From Lepidodermella squamata (taxonomy: Eukaryota > Animalia > Gastrotricha), in contig JBLDXI010000009.1 in NCBI GenBank assembly GCA_047495785.1, positions 4,712,001 through 4,776,000 on the forward strand: 64,000 nucleotides of DNA. Direction: 5' to 3'. This document shows, piece by piece, positions 62,199 through 64,000 of the stretch. The stretch's first letter is position 1. Each line of letters begins with the position of its first letter. The notes beneath the pieces were generated by a model. The model ran no database searches. It was not told the DNA's origin and saw only the letters and a list, made by a program, of their open reading frames with translations. Both the position numbers and the translations under genes were made by a program.

Positions 62199-63814
62199 TT
62201 ATGCTAAGATAGAAGTGAGAAATGCTGCTGCAACCAGACTTGCAGTCAGAATTGTGCAGGCTCGCTCCTGTTGAGCTCCACTTTTCTTTCGACTCGGGCG
62301 ACCTGTGTTTAGGAAATCTGCGATTGTAAGCTCAGCTGCGCTATCGCCCAGTGAAGCTTTCATATTTTTAACTGCCTGATTTGCAGCAGCCTCCAAATCC
62401 GTCGTTGACAGATCAGCGCCGTTTGTTGAAGCGACTTTCGCTTCGAAACTAGCCTTGAATTTGTTATTTGCCGAACTATGAAAGAAAATATTGTAGAGAT
62501 TTTCCAGTTCCTGAATCATTCAAATTACTCGTAAGCCAAGCCAGAGACAGAGACCGAACTGGCGCCATTGAGATTTTTCTTCATATCACTTGCCAATAAA
62601 TCTCGAGCCATTTGGCTAGTGTCCGCATCGCTCAGAGCCGTTGGAGGAATAGCCGTTCCATTCGGATACAAAAGTTGGTTAGGATTGATTGAAAACGCTG
62701 TCGCCGTCATGAACTTCAAATTGAGACAAAACAGGCCATTCGGCTTTATTAAACTTACTCATTCTGTACAGTGCGTCATCGGGTGGCGAAGTTTGCTGAA
62801 CAACGGCTGGGACTTGGGCTGTCGTAGTTGGGGCTGCAAATTGCGTAGTGGGGGCTGCGGATGTCGGAGGGTTCGTTTTGATCGCTGCTGTTGAAACCGC
62901 CACGGCAGCAACTTCATCTGGATCTTCTTCCTGTTCAATTTGTGTTGTTAAAGCTTGACTTGCCTTCGAGCTAGTTGTATCAGCCGCGGTCGTTGGCGCT
63001 TTGTATGTTGTAGTTGTCAATTCTTAAGAAACAAAAATTAATATCGCGAAGCAGGTAGACTTTACAAATCACCACCTGATAAGCTGTAAGTAAGGCATGC
63101 CTGCTTTAAAGCGTTGTAATTGCTTTTATCAAGCCTCTTGTAAATCGTGAAAGTTGTCATCGAATCGACTGTACGAAATGTATCGTTTTCCGATGTAAAT
63201 CCGATAGACATTCTTGCTATATCCCAGGTGTAAAGGTTCGTGAGTGAAACCACTTTAGGAGTGCTCTCCGAGTCGAGTGTAGCACTAAGCTTATCACCTC
63301 TAAATTCCAGTCGCACGAAGTTCCAAAATCCAGCTTGGAGTTCTAGCAAGCTTTCGACTGACTGAGTCCCTGATGAATCTTTACTCCATCTCAATTTAAG
63401 AGACTTTTGGGAAATCAACAGTTCAAGTCGAGAGACGTCATTCAATCCTAGAAACGCGAATATTCCACCCGCGCCCTGGCTATTCGAAGGGATAGCGTAG
63501 TATAGCGAGATGACCCACCCGCCATCAAACAGAGACTTAGCGTCCTGTAAATCGAATGTGGCAACCTTTTGATTTACGCCGAAACACGTTCCAGGTACTT
63601 TTGAGGGACCCGGGCAGTTCTCAGGCCATCTGAGGTACATTTGGGTAGCTGGGATCGACCTGAAGACTTCGTTGCTACGCGACTGATTGTCTAGTGGGAA
63701 AACGGCATACAAGTCGTCTGGCTGCGGTAGAACGTTCAGCAAAGGATGCTTCTGCTGAGTGGAATATTGAGGCAAAATCTGAATATTAAGCAATGCGATA
63801 AGAATCCAGTGCAT
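62199..63814 (-). CDS. Cell-surface protein: signal, LamG/concanavalin-like domain, Thr-rich linker, SEA-like domain, GPI-type C-terminus (multi-exon)
   Basis: AVFPLD, WVISLYY, GFWNFVRLEF and TFTIYKR patterns are typical of LamG/pentraxin-like folds; terminal SGA..TILTASLVAAAFLTSILA hydrophobic tail. Domain calls are by eye and internal splice sites are approximate. Confidence 0.65.
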
Positions 63815-64000
63815 TGTCGATCAGCTAAATTGAGATGGAAAATATTCGAGGCTCTCGATCGGTATGAAGACTTTGCCAATGTTTTGTATCTCCGAACCAT
63901 GGTCGTTTTAATTTCCGCTAAAGCATCAATGTTTACACTGGCGATCGCTGCATTTCAAAACATTGCGATAATTGAAAAACTTGAAATTAAACGAATATGG

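Overview
This is animal (metazoan invertebrate) nuclear DNA, not prokaryotic. It has compact genes with short spliceosomal introns (many 45-65 nt), many MITE-type insertions and TTAGGG-type repeats; I cannot identify the species. Left to right: (1) a divergent Shaker-family Kv channel with a ~450-aa disordered N-terminus and a charge-depleted S4; (2) a convergent, divergent equilibrative nucleoside transporter; (3) two tail-to-tail secreted peptide precursors, one a QPSSRTFLH polyprotein in a frame the ORF track misses; (4) a divergent Cys-loop channel gene; (5) a secreted PAN/C-type-lectin/kringle mosaic gene; (6) a ~27-kb array of 11 atypical Cys-loop (pLGIC) subunit genes in three subfamilies, one frameshifted at the end of its ectodomain; (7) an intronless bacterial-type GH9-CBM3c cellulase, probably horizontally acquired; (8) a small zinc-finger ORF; (9) two paralogous membrane lectins with a WSC domain nested inside a C-type lectin domain; (10) a GPI-type LamG/mucin/SEA-like protein. 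The best candidates for undescribed biology are the orphan pLGIC array (a possible chemosensory receptor family), the nested C-type-lectin architectures, the domesticated GH9-CBM3c and the EA/EP-spaced peptide precursor. All gene models were spliced by eye and need RNA-seq confirmation.
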